A stretch of 64,000 bases of DNA from Lytechinus pictus (Eukaryota), in NCBI RefSeq assembly GCF_037042905.1, contig NC_087245.1, positions 23,748,001 to 23,812,000 of the forward strand, in the 5' to 3' direction. The position numbers were made by a program, and so were the translations under genes. The notes below the pieces were generated by a model. That model was not told the DNA's origin and searched no databases. It worked only from the letters and a program-made list of their open reading frames with translations. Positions 42,801 through 53,330 of this stretch are shown one piece after another. Numbering within the stretch: position 1 is the first letter of the stretch; each line of letters starts with the position of its first letter.

Positions 42801-45800
42801 ATTTTAAGATTTATAAAGCGCACATATCTGTCGATAATGACACTCAAGGTGCACAATTAACATAAGACGTCTTATACAATACAGAAAATGAAATAAATAA
42901 GTACATGGAAATTGAACAAATTGACAAGAAAAATTACACAATCCTTCAAAGTTGGTAGTCAAAGTAACAAGTAATCCCACAACAATTGGGCAAATGCTTG
43001 CTTCCGAAGGTGAGTACTTAATTTGTTGTGGAAGAGCTCTGGTGACTAGCAAGACTTTATGTCCAAATGGGAGTAAATTCCACAAACAGGGACCTGCAAC
43101 AGAATAAGATCTGTCACCCCAAGACCTCTTCACTCGAATTTGTTGGAACTGGTCGCCCATGTTACTTGAAAAAATTTAAATAACTTTAAAATAGGGTGGG
43201 GGCTATTTTATCCCCATGACGTTCACTCTAGCGATATTTTTAGATGATTTAGCTTGAAATGTTCAAATGGAAATGATAACCAATAATATAGTCATTGAGA
43301 GTAACACCTTACAATTATTTCTGTACAATTAGAAATTATTTCATAAGATTTTTCTTGACTAATATTGTCTTTGAAATAATGCGTGTAAATGATATTGACA
43401 TCGAAATAATGGTGAGAGTATTGTCATTTAAAAAAATAACTCTCTGTAAAGACATGCTAGCGTATATTGCAAGTACATTAGAATTCAATAAATTTACACA
43501 ATCTTCTTCCTTTGCCACACCTATATGTAGTGGAATGGAATTTCATTGATTGAAAGAGATAAGTGTACAATAAAACAACATTTCTCATTGGATATTGCTT
43601 CAAAAATAAGTTTGTCTTACAGAGATAAAATGGTTCTTATAATACTAATTTGGAGAGATTTTAAGGGTATTTATTCTCGCTGATTTTAGCAGAGATAAAA
43701 TAAATTATTTTATCTTATATAAAATGAATCTTGGAATACCACCCTTGGGGGGTGTTTCACAAAGATTTAAGAATGACTTAGAGTCGCACTTAAATACCTA
43801 GTTGTGTGCCGTATGAAAGGCGTGACTGCATTGGTCAGATCGTGTCATGAGGACGCGCTCTACTGCGTATCAATCAATAAGATCGCGCGTCACATACGTG
43901 TATCATGTACGCGTCGGCATTTAAGTGCGACTTAAAGGAGAATGAAACCCTTGAAACTAGCTGAATCCATATCAAAGAAAAAAATCAAAGAAACATATTG
44001 TTGAAAGTTTGAGGAAGATTGAATGAATAATAAGAAAGTTATGAGCATTTGAATATTGAGATCACTAATGCCATGTAGATCCTCCCATTGGCAATGCGAC
44101 CAAGATCTGTGATGTCACACACGTACAACTCCCTCATTACTTTAGTACTTATTTCACTTATATTCTCACTTTTATAGAGTCTATCACAAGGTGATGTGTT
44201 CTCTTTATGAGAGGACAAGTACAGAGGTTTCACAACATTATATCATTAATCGTTTGTCATATGATTAGAACATAGAGATGTATACTTTAGAATGAGCAAA
44301 AAGAGATGTTTTGGGGTATATTTTCAGCGTCCAAAAGGGGAGAGTTGTTCATCTGTGACATCATAGATCTTGGTCGCATTGCCAATGAGAGGATCTCCAT
44401 AGCATTAGTGATCTAGACATTCAAATGTTCTATTGCTAGTCCTATTTTACTCAAACTTTTGTTGATCTTATTCTTTGATTTTTCTAATTTCACAAAAGCT
44501 AACTTGCTCCAAGAGTTTCATTCTCCTTTAAGTCATACTTAAATCTTTGTGAAACACCCCCAGGTCACTCTCCAGCAGAAGGGGGTACATTGCCGGACCG
44601 CTAACAATCTAGAAGTAGTGATAGTTATATCAGCGTTTCAGTTTTAAACAAGGACATTACGAGTCATTGAAGGTTTTTATGTTACTGACATATGCAGAGC
44701 TGCCAAGTAGTACTGATTTTCCTTAATTAGAATTACTAAATATGAAAAAAATACTGATTTTTAGAGTTTCAATTATATGTGTTTTGTTGTATTATTTTGA
44801 AAATAATGTTTTTCTCACCAAAATACTGATTTTCAGCTTTAGAAAAAATTTATACTGAAATGTACTTATAATTGTCTAGGGGTGGATCCCCTGGCCCTTT
44901 AAGGATTAACATTTCTGTTCAAGTATCTTGATACAAAATTATAAATTTTATCATTCATGTAGTGACAAGAACTCTGTATGCTGTGAGAACTGCTATTACG
45001 CCCCTGTGACGAAAGTGTGCAGTGATGCCACGGAACAGAATGCGTACTGCAAGGGCAAGTCTTACTGCACATCAAGGGATATTCGATGTCCTCTACCAAA
45101 CGATCTTAGAGATGGAACCAGATGCATTGATAAGTAAGTTTTCTTCAGTATACTGTTACCCTGGAAAGGACATCTATTCATGTCTATCTGTTTATAGCCG
45201 CTCAGTCTAGTATCGGTTGGTATGGTCCAGAGAGCATCTATCGCTACTTTGGCAAATTGCCTTGTTATGTAATGGATTCTTTACTTTTGTCATTAATAGT
45301 GAACATAAATATTTCATTACGTGATTGATTGTAAAACATATAACTAACTATGAGATTAGATTAGAACCATCAATGTAATATCTTTCCATTTTAATGATGC
45401 TTGAGTTCTCATGAAACATTTTACAATTGCCTTAACCCTAAAAGGACTGGGCTATTTTAGATGTATTGAGTAATAAGGGAGGGGGGAGGCGTCTGATCTC
45501 GGCCACCTTTCATGCGATTGCAATGAAATTTGGCACGCACATTCAATACCACAAAAACTACAAGCCAGTGTAAAAAATTCAAAAAATAATTATTATGAAT
45601 AAAATATGCAAATTTACTCATGAAAAATATTTGCATCTTTAACACCCAATTTCACTTCAAATTTTCTTCTTTTTCTAGATGTCATCTTTGTAATCTTATA
45701 TAAAGGATTCCACAAAGAAAAATTGCAAAAGTCTTATTTTTCCTTATGTAGTTCTTTGTTTTTAGGATTTCTTATGTATTTTCTTGTTTTTTTCATGTTT

Positions 45801-48800
45801 TGTTTTTCATTGTTTTTTTCAATGGAAATTATTACAACCATTCAACAACTAAATAAAACCCTAAATTAATTAAGCAGACCAATTAGAATAAAAAAGTAAT
45901 CACCCTTTTATGAATTTCATCTCCCATAGACTTTGTACATTAAGTATAAAAATGAGCCATTTTTGGCATAACATTGTCTCATAAAAAGTCATGTGGTGTT
46001 GCGATGTTATACCCGTACGTCGCGAATTTGGTCTCAAAAGTTGCGGGAGACTTCAAATAAAAAAGTCATATAATTTTGCGGCGCTATCTTTTCGCATTCT
46101 GGGAATATCGTGCAAAGCATTGAGGGGGGCCATGATGGCCCCCAGTCCTTTTAGAGTTTACTTACACTATAATACATGTATGATTCAATATATATATCTT
46201 ATTAACACTATCTAGAGGCCCCCCCCCTCAACGATTCACGCAATATTTTTGCCGCGCGAAATTTTTTTACTGGCCGCTCGCTGACTTCTTATTTTCAAGT
46301 CTTGCGCAACTTTTGAGACCAATTTTGCGTCACCCGGGTACGTGGTTCCGGAATTATGCAACATTATGTAAGTGCATGTCAGACCAAAAATTGCTCAAAA
46401 ACATGAATTTGTATACAAAGTCAATGCAAATTGTGTTTTCAACCAAAAATCATAAATGTATGATTATTTTTAGTTTTGCTGGTCTAAATTTTTTTATTTT
46501 ATGCTTTTTATGATCTCTGAAGAGTCCCCAACAAATTTCATTGAAAGAACAATGAGAAACAACAGGTCAAAAAACAATGAAATACATAAGAAATTGCAAA
46601 AAACAATATAATACATAAGAAAATGATTTGATATCGCAATTTTGTTCATGTAAACTTGCTAAGAATACCACAAAGAGTTTCTATACCCAAAATTAGAACA
46701 TTTGGAGCTTTATTTAGGGAGTTGTGGGGAAAAGTATAATTTTGCATACTAATTATGCATAATCACTTAATAGTAATTCGCATGAAATAAATTACTATAC
46801 AATTTGTAGATTATGTCCCAGACAACCCGCGTGCCAATTTTCCGCGCGGTCGACGGCCGAGATCTTAGGGGGGCCTGGGAGGCCCCATCGGCCATATGAA
46901 CTCCCAAAATACCCGGCCTACATGTAGGGTTAAAAGACAAGTCCACCCCAACAAAAATTTGATTTGAATTAAAAGAGAAAAGTATAACAGGCATAACAAT
47001 AATTTCATCAAAATCAGATTTACAATAAATAAGTTGTGACATGTTTAAATTTTGTTTAATTTCACAAAACAGTTGTATGCTCATCCTGGTTGTTATGCAA
47101 ATGAGGTGATAGATGATGTCACTCACTCTCTATTTCTTTTGTCTTTTATTGTATAAAATATTCAATTTTTACCTCTTTGTCCTGTGCAACAAAGTTTTAT
47201 TATTCCCTGAACAAAATAACATTTTATGGTTTGGTCAAATTGGTATTTTTTGTCAAATCTGTAAAAATTGAAAAATTGTAAAATTCAAACAATAAAAACA
47301 CAAAAGAAATAGTGATAGAGGAACATCATCGACTCTCTCATTGGCATGTAACTGTAATGTGCATATAACTGTTTTGTGGAAAACAAGTGAAATTTTAGAA
47401 TATCATAACTTTCTCAATTTACATCTGATTATGAAGAAATTTTGAGTGTTATGTTTGTTTGATTTTTTAAATTGAATCAGATCAACATTTCAAATAAGAC
47501 TAGAGCTGAGTTTATATTCTTGGCCCACTTAAGAAGGTCCTTTCCATGAAAGTTGTCACCAATAACAAGCTCTCATTCTTTGACTGTTACAAGGGCAACA
47601 GTGTATCTCTATCCGACAAAATCAAGTTAAATATAATTTTATTGTAGATATTATTGAGTGACTGCTTTCCAGTTGATGAAAATCTGTGTGTAACCTGGCT
47701 TGGATGATTGTTTATATTCTGATGATCTTTGTAGGTTTGCATGGTGGAGTTTATAACTTGGAGAAGGTTTACGGTTCATCATGTGTAATATGAAGAAGGG
47801 AAAGGAAAGTGTAATATGAAGAAGGGAAAGGAAACACAGGCAGAAAATTGAAATGGAAAGACGAGAAAGGATGAAAAGAGGAAATTAGAGGTATTCTTTT
47901 CTTGAAAGTGAGTGAAGTCCTGAAAAGGACTGTAAACCAGATGAGATGGGCTGAATATGGCTTGAGTAGCGATGATTTGAGCAGTAGCACTGCTCGCTAC
48001 TCAAGCCATATTCAGCCCATCTCCTCTGGTTTACAGTCCTTTTCAGGACTTCACTCACTTTCAAGAAAAGAATACCTCTAATTTCATCCTTTCTCGTCTT
48101 TCCATTTCGATTTTCTGCCTGTATTTCCTTTCCCTTCTTTGTATTACACACGGTGAATCGTAAACCTTCTCCATGTTTCTATTCTGTTGTAATACTTCTC
48201 TTCTCCCCTTCCAGTGGTACATGTATTGGAGGTGAATGTAGGGCATTCTGTGAGGTCAATGGTTTCAGGTCCTGTATCTGCTCTTCATGTGAGTATTCAT
48301 TTAAGAGTCACCCACAATTGGTGATATGAAAGATGATTTATTCCCTGAGAGTATTCCTCTTTGTTTTTGATAATGGAGCAAAAACTGAAACATTCTTTGG
48401 TAATTCTATAATTTGGTGGGTACATGTGTATTTGTTGTAGTATTGTCCACACATGTCCACATGGCCAGTGTAACATGTATCATTCTTTTGTGAATTATGC
48501 CAAGACTTGAATATGCCACAACTTTCTTCTTCTTTTTTTTTTACAGCCGCCTCAGAGGAATTTCAGTTCTGTTTTTTTTTTTTTTTTTGCTGTTATTTTT
48601 CAAAAAAGCAAGTTAATGATGCGTACTTAGTCTTCAGAAAGCCTTTTCAACTGATCGTATACTCTGGCCAATGATATAATTTGACAACTGGCTGTCAATA
48701 GTAGTGTCACAGCCATACCAACAAAAACGACTCCAGATTGATAAAAAATATTAATAATAATTATGACAATTTGCAACATTCATATAGCGTCTAATATAAA

Positions 48801-51800
48801 TGTTTCTATTAAAGCGTTGTATACTATTACCTTGGCTTTATCATGGCTACCCTAATCGAATGCTCGAGCATTCAAAGAATTCCTTCCTACCGGGTTCCCA
48901 TTTACTACACCTGGGTGTAGAGTGGCAAATGTAGATAAATGCCTTGCCAAAGGATGCTAGTGCTGTGTTGGGATTTGAAGTTCGATTCTGGTTTATTGCC
49001 CGAGACGCTTACAACTGTTTTGTTGTTGTTGTTTTTCTGTGTGCAGTGGATCTCTCTTGTTACTTCTGCTGTGTGTTTGAGCCAAACGGGGCATGCTTGC
49101 CCTTCAAGGACCGCTACACTGATCTGCCCGTACCCGTGCCAGATGGTAAACCATGCGAAGCGGGCAGCTGCATACAGGTACAGTAGTATTTATTCAATCA
49201 ACCTCTCACTATGGCATTCATTTCAGTATCAGGATAATTAGCTATGGCATTCAGTTCAGTATAAGGGTGAAGTCAAAATTTCACTTGCCAAGGGATTCAT
49301 ATGCCTGATTCACAAAGCTGGATTTGAACATTTGACTCTTGAATAAAATGTAGGGTGCTCAACCATGACAATGGGCGTCAATGTGGCGCACTGTGACAGA
49401 AGCGTGCATCAGCATTGGATTTTTTTTTATAAGCGGTAAATTAAGCGTTATTGATGCATGAAATCTGCACAAACCATGGGTTCACTAGACAGTTTACAAA
49501 ACCACCATTTTGGAGTTTTCATTCATTCAGTTCAAGATTTGTTCACTTAGATGAAACAATGTAAGCCCCCACTCATACTGATGTTGATCATGGGATGAGC
49601 AATAAATCATTGTTTGGCAAGTAAAAGGGCAATATGACACGATCAATTGCAAAAAAACGATACCAAATTATGAAATACTCTATCAGAAATTTTTTTTAAT
49701 TTTATTTTTATGCCCCCTTAGACGAAGTCCGGAGGGGGCATTAAGCGTTGCCCCTTTCCTTTCGTTCGTCCATCCCCCCACTTGGTTTCCACGCAATAAC
49801 TCGAAAAATATTTAATGTATTTAAAAAAAATTTGGTGTGTAGGTAGATGACACCAAAATACAGGCTAAGTTCGAATTCGGAGTCCACAGGTCAAAGGTCA
49901 CAGCTCATTAAATATGCGAGTTGGTTTCCGCATGATAACTTATGAAATATTCACCAGATATTAAAAATGGTTGGTGTCTGGGTAGATGACACCAAAATAC
50001 GGGCTAAGTTTGAAATCTGAGCCCACAGGTCAAAGGTCACAGCTCATGCTGCAAGTAGCTGTATTTAAAAAATAGATAAGACAGCAAGACCACATTTCCA
50101 ATTGACACAATGAAGTGAGGGATTATCCACATCAAATGACCTGACTGTCATACATGTATCTTCTTTCAGATATTATTATGGAAAGGGTGAGTCTTTAGGT
50201 CAAAGGTCTAAATTTGTTCATTATATATATATGCATATTGGTTTCTGCAAGATATTAAGTTCAATCATATTGCAGGAATTTCTGATCGTGTTAAGCTGGG
50301 GCATCTGTGTCCTTTTGGAAACACGTCAAATTTCTAGTTTTTGTCTCGCCTGCATAGCAGAGGGAGACTATAGGCGCCGCTTTTTTGACGGCGATGGCGG
50401 CGGCGTCGTCAACATTGAAATCTTAACCAAGGTTAAGTTTTTGAAATATCATCATAACTTAGAAAGTATATGGAACTAGTTCATGAAACTTGGACATAAG
50501 GGTAATCAAGTATTACTAAACATCCTGCCTGAGTTTCAGGTCACATGACCAAGGTCAAAGGTCATTTAGGGTCAATGAACTTAGACCATGTTGGGGGAAT
50601 CAATATCGAAATCTTAACCAAGGTTAACTTTTTCAGATGTCTTCATAACTTCGGCAGTATATGGACCTAGTTCATGAAACTTACACATAAGGGTGATAGT
50701 GTATCATTGAAGATCCTGCCTAAGTTTCAGGTCATATGACAAAGTCTTGCGCAACTTTTGAGACCAATTTTGTGTCACCCAGGTACGTGGTTCTGAAATT
50801 ACGCAACATTAGATAAGTGCATGTCAGACCAGAAATTGCTGGGTCTCGGTATTTTGGGAGTTCATATGGCCAATACTTATTACGCATAAATTAGCATAAT
50901 CACTTAATAGCAATTCACATGAAACAAATTACTATACAATTTTGTAGATTATGTCCCAGACAATTCGCGTTCCAATTTTTGGCACGATCAAACTGAAAAT
51001 CACCCAATGTGACTATCTGTAGGGTTTCTGGTGCCTGGTCACATTTGTTACATGTATTTCTGTGTATATTACATGCAGCCTGAATTTGTTTTTTATGAGG
51101 GGGGGGGGGTTAAAGTGATTTATTTATTTTTGCTGAAAAGGGAATCTAACCCAAGTGGAAGGCTTTTAAATTTTTTTTTTTTTAAATCAAATCAGAGAAG
51201 CAGATTGATGAAATTTGAACAGAAATCAGACAAATGAAAATTGTACAAAGTTTTAATCTCTACATGTATATCTATTGAGATTTCAAATTGTCAACATCAA
51301 TGATGTCATTGTGTAGAATTGGGGGCAATTCCTCTATTTGCTCCAGGTACACAAAATGACAAATACCTTTTCAAACTTTCACCCACAGTGATAGTTTATT
51401 TTTATAAGGAAATGTAGTAAAAGAAACCCCCAAATTTGTGATAAGTACATGTATGTACATGACAAGCTGGGGGATTCATAAATGCCGCCTTTCACTTGAT
51501 TGCCAAATTGAAATGTACAGAATAGTGATGTTATCATTCATAACTTTTTTTACTCATTGTCCAATTTCTTTCAAGCTTTCACTTTTGAATACTCTAATTT
51601 TCTTTTCCTTTGGACATTCCTCCAAGACCCCTAGGGAGGTGTCTTGACTTAAAGTCCACCCCCAACAAAAAGTTGATTTTAATCTAAAGAGAAAAATCCA
51701 ACAAGCATAACACTGAAAATTTCATTAAAAATCATGACATTTTAAAGTTTCGCTTAATTTCACAAAACAGTTATATGCACATCCTGGTTGGTATGCAAAT

Positions 51801-53330
51801 GAGGGAGCTGATGACATCACTCACTCAATATTTTTTTATTTTATTATATGAAATTTGAACGTTATTATTTAAATACTCCACATTGTCCTGTGAATCAAAG
51901 TTTTATTTCTCCCTGAACATATGGAATTACCATTGTTTAACATTTTATGGTTCAATGAAGTTGGTCCTTATTGTCAATATGTAAAAAAATGAAATATTGT
52001 ATAATTCAAACAATAAAGAACGAAAGAACTAGTGAGTGAGGGATATCATCGATTCTCCAATTTGCATGTGACTAAATTGTGCAAACAAGTTTTTTGTGAA
52101 AAATAAGCAAAACTTATTTCATAACTTTGTTTATTTTTTACATCCGAATTTCTTGAAATTTTCAGCATTATGCTTATTTGATTTTCTCTATTGATTCGAA
52201 TCAACTTTTTTCTGAGGTTGACTTGACCTGTAAGGATAGAATATTGAGCCAAAATTTTGAATTCTACTCAGTGAAAATCATTGTAAAATACTCAATATCA
52301 GCCAAGAGGCCTTTCAAAAGATTCACATGTTTTAAGTGTTATTTGTAGTACATGTATAGCAGTAGTTCATGTAGGTGGGAAAATTCTTGCTCCTATTCAA
52401 TTGCATGGTACATGTATATTACCAGTGGTATTAACATTGAGAATGAAATAGGCATTTCCTGATAATAGACTCCTAAAAAACAAGCTTTGCTTATAACCAA
52501 ATGCCATAACTGTAACTGTTTTTGTCGCAGGGCCTTTGTGAGAGTCAGACGCAGGATCTTATTGCAAGATTCTTTGATGTCTTTGAAGGTTTCACTATCA
52601 GCACAATGGGTGAGGCATTATTTTTATTGTAAATTCATAAGATTGTGTTATGATGAATAAGATGTTTATAAAGATTTGCGATTGACCCGATAACCACAAC
52701 TATGAAAATCCAGCAACGCCAACATCTAAAACACATATTGGTCCAAAATGTTTTCTAGATAAGGTGCGTGCTCTTACATTCATCATTGTTTTGACAATTC
52801 AATATGCTTTCTCTTACAGGGGACACTGCAAATTTCTTAAAGGAAAAATTGTGAAAATTATGAAATTATGAAAAATTATGGCAATGATGGATTTCCATAT
52901 AGTTGAGATTGATCAAATCAATCGCAACACTTTGTGAGACAAGCCCCAGGTTTCTAATTGTGATCAGGTATTTGACAAACTAGCCAGCTAAATATTTCAT
53001 GGAAAAAGGCACCGATCAGTCTTCACTCATCTTGTCCTCGCCTTGCTGTATACTTTACATACTGGTATAAGAACTGGAACAAACTTCCTCTGACATGACT
53101 AAAATCTCTTTTTATATGTTACATTTTAACTAAATAAATCAATGTTCATAATTGTGACTGGATAAGAAACTGAATTCTGTTTTGTAAAGACATGTTGGAT
53201 GCCATGATCAATACCGTGCATATTATCTTTACACCCCATAGGTCGTATCATCAAAGACAATGTTGTAGGAGCCACTCTGATTATTTCCCTTCTTATATGG
53301 ATTCCTTGCAGCTGTTTAGTACACTATGTG
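13844..53330 (+). CDS. ADAM17: ADAM17/TACE disintegrin-metalloprotease, 19 exons (684 codons) from signal peptide to TM; cytoplasmic tail not found in window
   Basis: All exons are phase-consistent with GT-AG ends. Motifs: signal peptide, prodomain, RQKR furin site, [39 protein letters not shown], Met-turn FLMYP, disintegrin [29 protein letters not shown] (CANDIS-like), [25 protein letters not shown] (ADAM17-type TM). Confidence 0.95.
14546..15207. mobile_element. Mutator-like non-autonomous element
   Basis: TIRs ACTAGTATG..TCCAAACTTCGCGC / GCGCGAAGTTTGGA..CATACTAGT, with 9-bp TSD ATAACTAGT on both sides. Confidence 0.7.
15750..18007. mobile_element. ~2.3-kb foldback (long inverted repeat) element with (ATT/ATC)n microsatellite in the arms
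   Basis: 15750-16420 is the reverse complement of about 17570-18007; 16770-16870 is the reverse complement of 17245-17345. Confidence 0.8.
18020..19080. mobile_element. Diverged, interrupted relative of the 14546-15207 element
   Basis: Colinear matches (atcggcaaattt, ggcgaaa.ccctt, caccccatcatact); interrupted from about 18530 by a GGGGCGGTATTCTGAAA element. Confidence 0.6.
19394..20406. mobile_element. P-element-like MITE
   Basis: TIR CAAGGCTC(C/G)ACATTA, 7-bp TSD CTTACTA, subterminal GGTGGCCC motifs; inverted copy at 41507-42169. Confidence 0.8.
21208..21929. mobile_element. piggyBac-like MITE (TTAA-CCCT...AGGG-TTAA)
   Basis: ttaa|ccctaaaag...cttttaggg|ttaa; relatives at 24394, 45436, 46206, 50745. 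Confidence 0.8.
21945..22817. mobile_element. TTAA-flanked (Kolobok-like) MITE containing a nested MITE at 22151-22462
   Basis: caagtccatccca...tggggtggacttg TIRs; nested ttaa|agataaatg...catttatct|ttaa; relatives at 46930 and 51648. Confidence 0.75.
23070..25956 (+). mobile_element. Interrupted copy of the Helentron-satellite family (monomers 23070-23660; 3' end 25770-25956)
   Basis: Same monomer (aggtcacatgaccaaggtcaaaggtcattt) and 3' end tgcaggcgagactgccagag..ccactagtt. Confidence 0.7.
24394..25361. mobile_element. piggyBac-like MITE with a small insertion (24424-24608)
   Basis: ttaa|cccta...ttaggg; the insertion has TAGTCT/AGACTA ends and two units ending GAGTCTGCATAGCAGACTA. Confidence 0.72.
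26983..27112 (+). CDS. ADAM17: ADAM17 exon 2 (prodomain [11 protein letters not shown]...MLGR)
   Basis: ttaacag acceptor, gtaatt donor. Confidence 0.88.
28945..30200 (+). mobile_element. 5'-truncated Penelope-like retroelement (GIY-YIG endonuclease C-terminus plus 3' region)
   Basis: [34 protein letters not shown] matches the PLE endonuclease C-terminal pattern; followed by a hammerhead motif. Confidence 0.8.
30087..30125 (+). ncRNA. Minimal type I hammerhead ribozyme-like motif (PLE type), core variant CCGACGA
   Basis: Stem I GCCT/AGGC, core CCGACGA-A, stem II GATTCT/AGGATC, GAAA, palindromic AAGCTT. Confidence 0.65.
30418..30551 (+). CDS. ADAM17: ADAM17 exon 3 ([13 protein letters not shown]...YYMGYLE)
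   Basis: atcag acceptor, gtgaaa donor; prodomain. Confidence 0.9.
31005..31093 (+). CDS. ADAM17: ADAM17 exon 4 ([10 protein letters not shown]...EEQYTIE)
   Basis: tgtag acceptor, gtaatg donor; prodomain. Confidence 0.9.
31098..31297 (+). repeat. (GGAT)n microsatellite
   Basis: Seen directly, starting just after the exon 4 donor. Confidence 0.95.
31625..31704 (+). CDS. ADAM17: ADAM17 exon 5 ([26 protein letters not shown])
   Basis: ttcacag acceptor, gtaagt donor. Confidence 0.9.
32259..32356 (+). CDS. ADAM17: ADAM17 exon 6 ([13 protein letters not shown]..., cysteine-switch region)
   Basis: caccag acceptor, gtaagg donor; phases fit both neighbours. Confidence 0.8.
32868..33007 (+). CDS. 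ADAM17: ADAM17 exon 7 ([29 protein letters not shown]...NYL)
   Basis: Furin site and start of the catalytic domain; ttatcag acceptor, gtgagt donor. Confidence 0.92.
33451..33537 (+). CDS. ADAM17: ADAM17 exon 8 ([29 protein letters not shown])
   Basis: tatcag acceptor, gtaaat donor. Confidence 0.9.
34603..34695 (+). CDS. ADAM17: ADAM17 exon 9 (IVIHQHP...PWGVQELLE)
   Basis: gaag acceptor, gtgact donor. Confidence 0.85.
34874..35448. repeat. Near-perfect palindrome around a MITE built of 15-bp tandem units
   Basis: 34874-35110 is the reverse complement of 35215-35448; units like ACCATTTGGTCCAAT. Confidence 0.85.
35818..36391. mobile_element. Unclassified element: terminal hairpin plus IR-flanked segment
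   Basis: Hairpin 35818-35970; IR attagacatctagagc / gctcagatgtctgat. Confidence 0.55.
36412..36547 (+). CDS. ADAM17: ADAM17 exon 10 ([32 protein letters not shown]...GGICTS)
   Basis: ttgcag acceptor, gtgagt donor; conserved catalytic-domain motif. Confidence 0.95.
37428..38221. mobile_element. Harbinger-like MITE (GGG..TTCTGAAAATTGTCT TIRs)
   Basis: ttctgaaaattgtct / agacaattttcagaa termini, CTG flanks. Confidence 0.6.
38413..38523 (+). CDS. ADAM17: ADAM17 exon 11 ([27 protein letters not shown])
   Basis: ttatag acceptor, gtgagt donor. Confidence 0.95.
38865..39180. mobile_element. Second 15-bp-unit MITE (partial)
   Basis: Same units as 34946-35376 in inverted arms. Confidence 0.7.
39555..39685 (+). 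CDS. ADAM17: ADAM17 exon 12 ([11 protein letters not shown]...[16 protein letters not shown])
   Basis: Zinc-binding motif and Met-turn; ccacag acceptor, gtgagt donor. Confidence 0.96.
39730..40040 (+). repeat. (ATG/GTG)n trinucleotide microsatellite
   Basis: Seen directly. Confidence 0.95.
40432..40501 (+). CDS. ADAM17: ADAM17 exon 13 ([23 protein letters not shown])
   Basis: tatcag acceptor, gtgtgt donor. Confidence 0.92.
41036..41171 (+). CDS. ADAM17: ADAM17 exon 14 (disintegrin start [13 protein letters not shown])
   Basis: ctgtag acceptor, gtatgc donor. Confidence 0.94.
41261..41382 (+). mobile_element. Truncated SINE family B
   Basis: Close match to 1449-1570. Confidence 0.8.
41507..42169. 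mobile_element. P-element-like MITE, internally deleted inverted copy of 19394-20406
   Basis: CAAGGCTC TIRs, 7-bp TSD CATATGG. Confidence 0.82.
42570..43745. mobile_element. MITE with GGGTGGTATTC termini hosting a LINE fragment
   Basis: ggggtggtattctgag...ttggaataccaccc. Confidence 0.55.
42800..43165 (-). mobile_element. LINE (L2/CR1 group) ORF2 C-terminus and 3' tail
   Basis: [21 protein letters not shown] resembles the GDRAFSVAGPxLWNxLP end of L2-type ORF2; tail gcgctttataaat. Confidence 0.7.
43747..44561. mobile_element. MITE (GGGGTGTTTCACAAAG TIRs) with a nested TTAA-flanked palindromic MITE at 43936-44527
   Basis: Outer TIRs; inner ttaa|aggagaatgaaac...gtttcattctcct|ttaa. Confidence 0.8.
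44963..45133 (+). CDS. ADAM17: ADAM17 exon 15 ([10 protein letters not shown]...DGTRCID)
   Basis: atgtag acceptor, gtaagt donor; disintegrin cysteines. Confidence 0.94.
45436..46929. mobile_element. Two adjacent, oppositely oriented piggyBac-like MITEs (about 45436-46157 and 46206-46929)
   Basis: Similarity to 21208-21929 and 24394-25361; TTAA-CCCT / AGGG-TTAA ends. Confidence 0.7.
46930..47490. mobile_element. Kolobok-like MITE (family of 21945)
   Basis: ttaaaagacaagtccaccccaacaaaaa start. Confidence 0.7.
47759..48172. repeat. ~410-bp near-perfect hairpin/foldback element
   Basis: Arms of about 200 bp are reverse complements, with a tiny loop. Confidence 0.85.
48215..48288 (+). CDS. ADAM17: ADAM17 exon 16 ([24 protein letters not shown])
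   Basis: ttccag acceptor, gtgagt donor. Confidence 0.92.
48780..49010 (-). mobile_element. SINE family A-related copy, antisense
   Basis: cctaccgggttcccattta..cacctgggtgtagagtggcaaa..gccttgccaaagga. Confidence 0.7.
49047..49177 (+). CDS. ADAM17: ADAM17 exon 17 (DLSCYFCC...[12 protein letters not shown]; membrane-proximal domain)
   Basis: gtgcag acceptor, gtacag donor. Confidence 0.92.
49705..50338 (+). mobile_element. Second Helentron/HINE-type family
   Basis: T-run then ATGCCCC..GGGGCAT short IR, TTCG/TCCA microsatellite, two ~140-bp tandem units, 3' GGGGCAT plus GTGT..ACAC stem, CTAGTT end. Confidence 0.65.
50339..50745 (+). mobile_element. 5' part of the Helentron-satellite family (as 4568)
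   Basis: Close match to 4568-4960; truncated by a piggyBac-like fragment at 50745-50990. Confidence 0.8.
51648..52233. mobile_element. Kolobok-like MITE (family of 21945)
   Basis: aagtccaccccc...gacttgacctgtaa. Confidence 0.72.
52531..52609 (+). CDS. ADAM17: ADAM17 exon 18 ([26 protein letters not shown])
   Basis: tcgcag acceptor, gtgagg donor; CANDIS-like stalk. Confidence 0.92.
53242..53330 (+). CDS. ADAM17: ADAM17 exon 19 (transmembrane segment)
   Basis: ccatag acceptor, gtgagt donor; [29 protein letters not shown]. Confidence 0.93.

Noticed and set aside
13844..53330. ADAM10/Kuzbanian call
   Set aside because: HELGHNFG.EHD, EADLVT, the CANDIS-like helix and the DN.VG...WIP TM are ADAM17-type.
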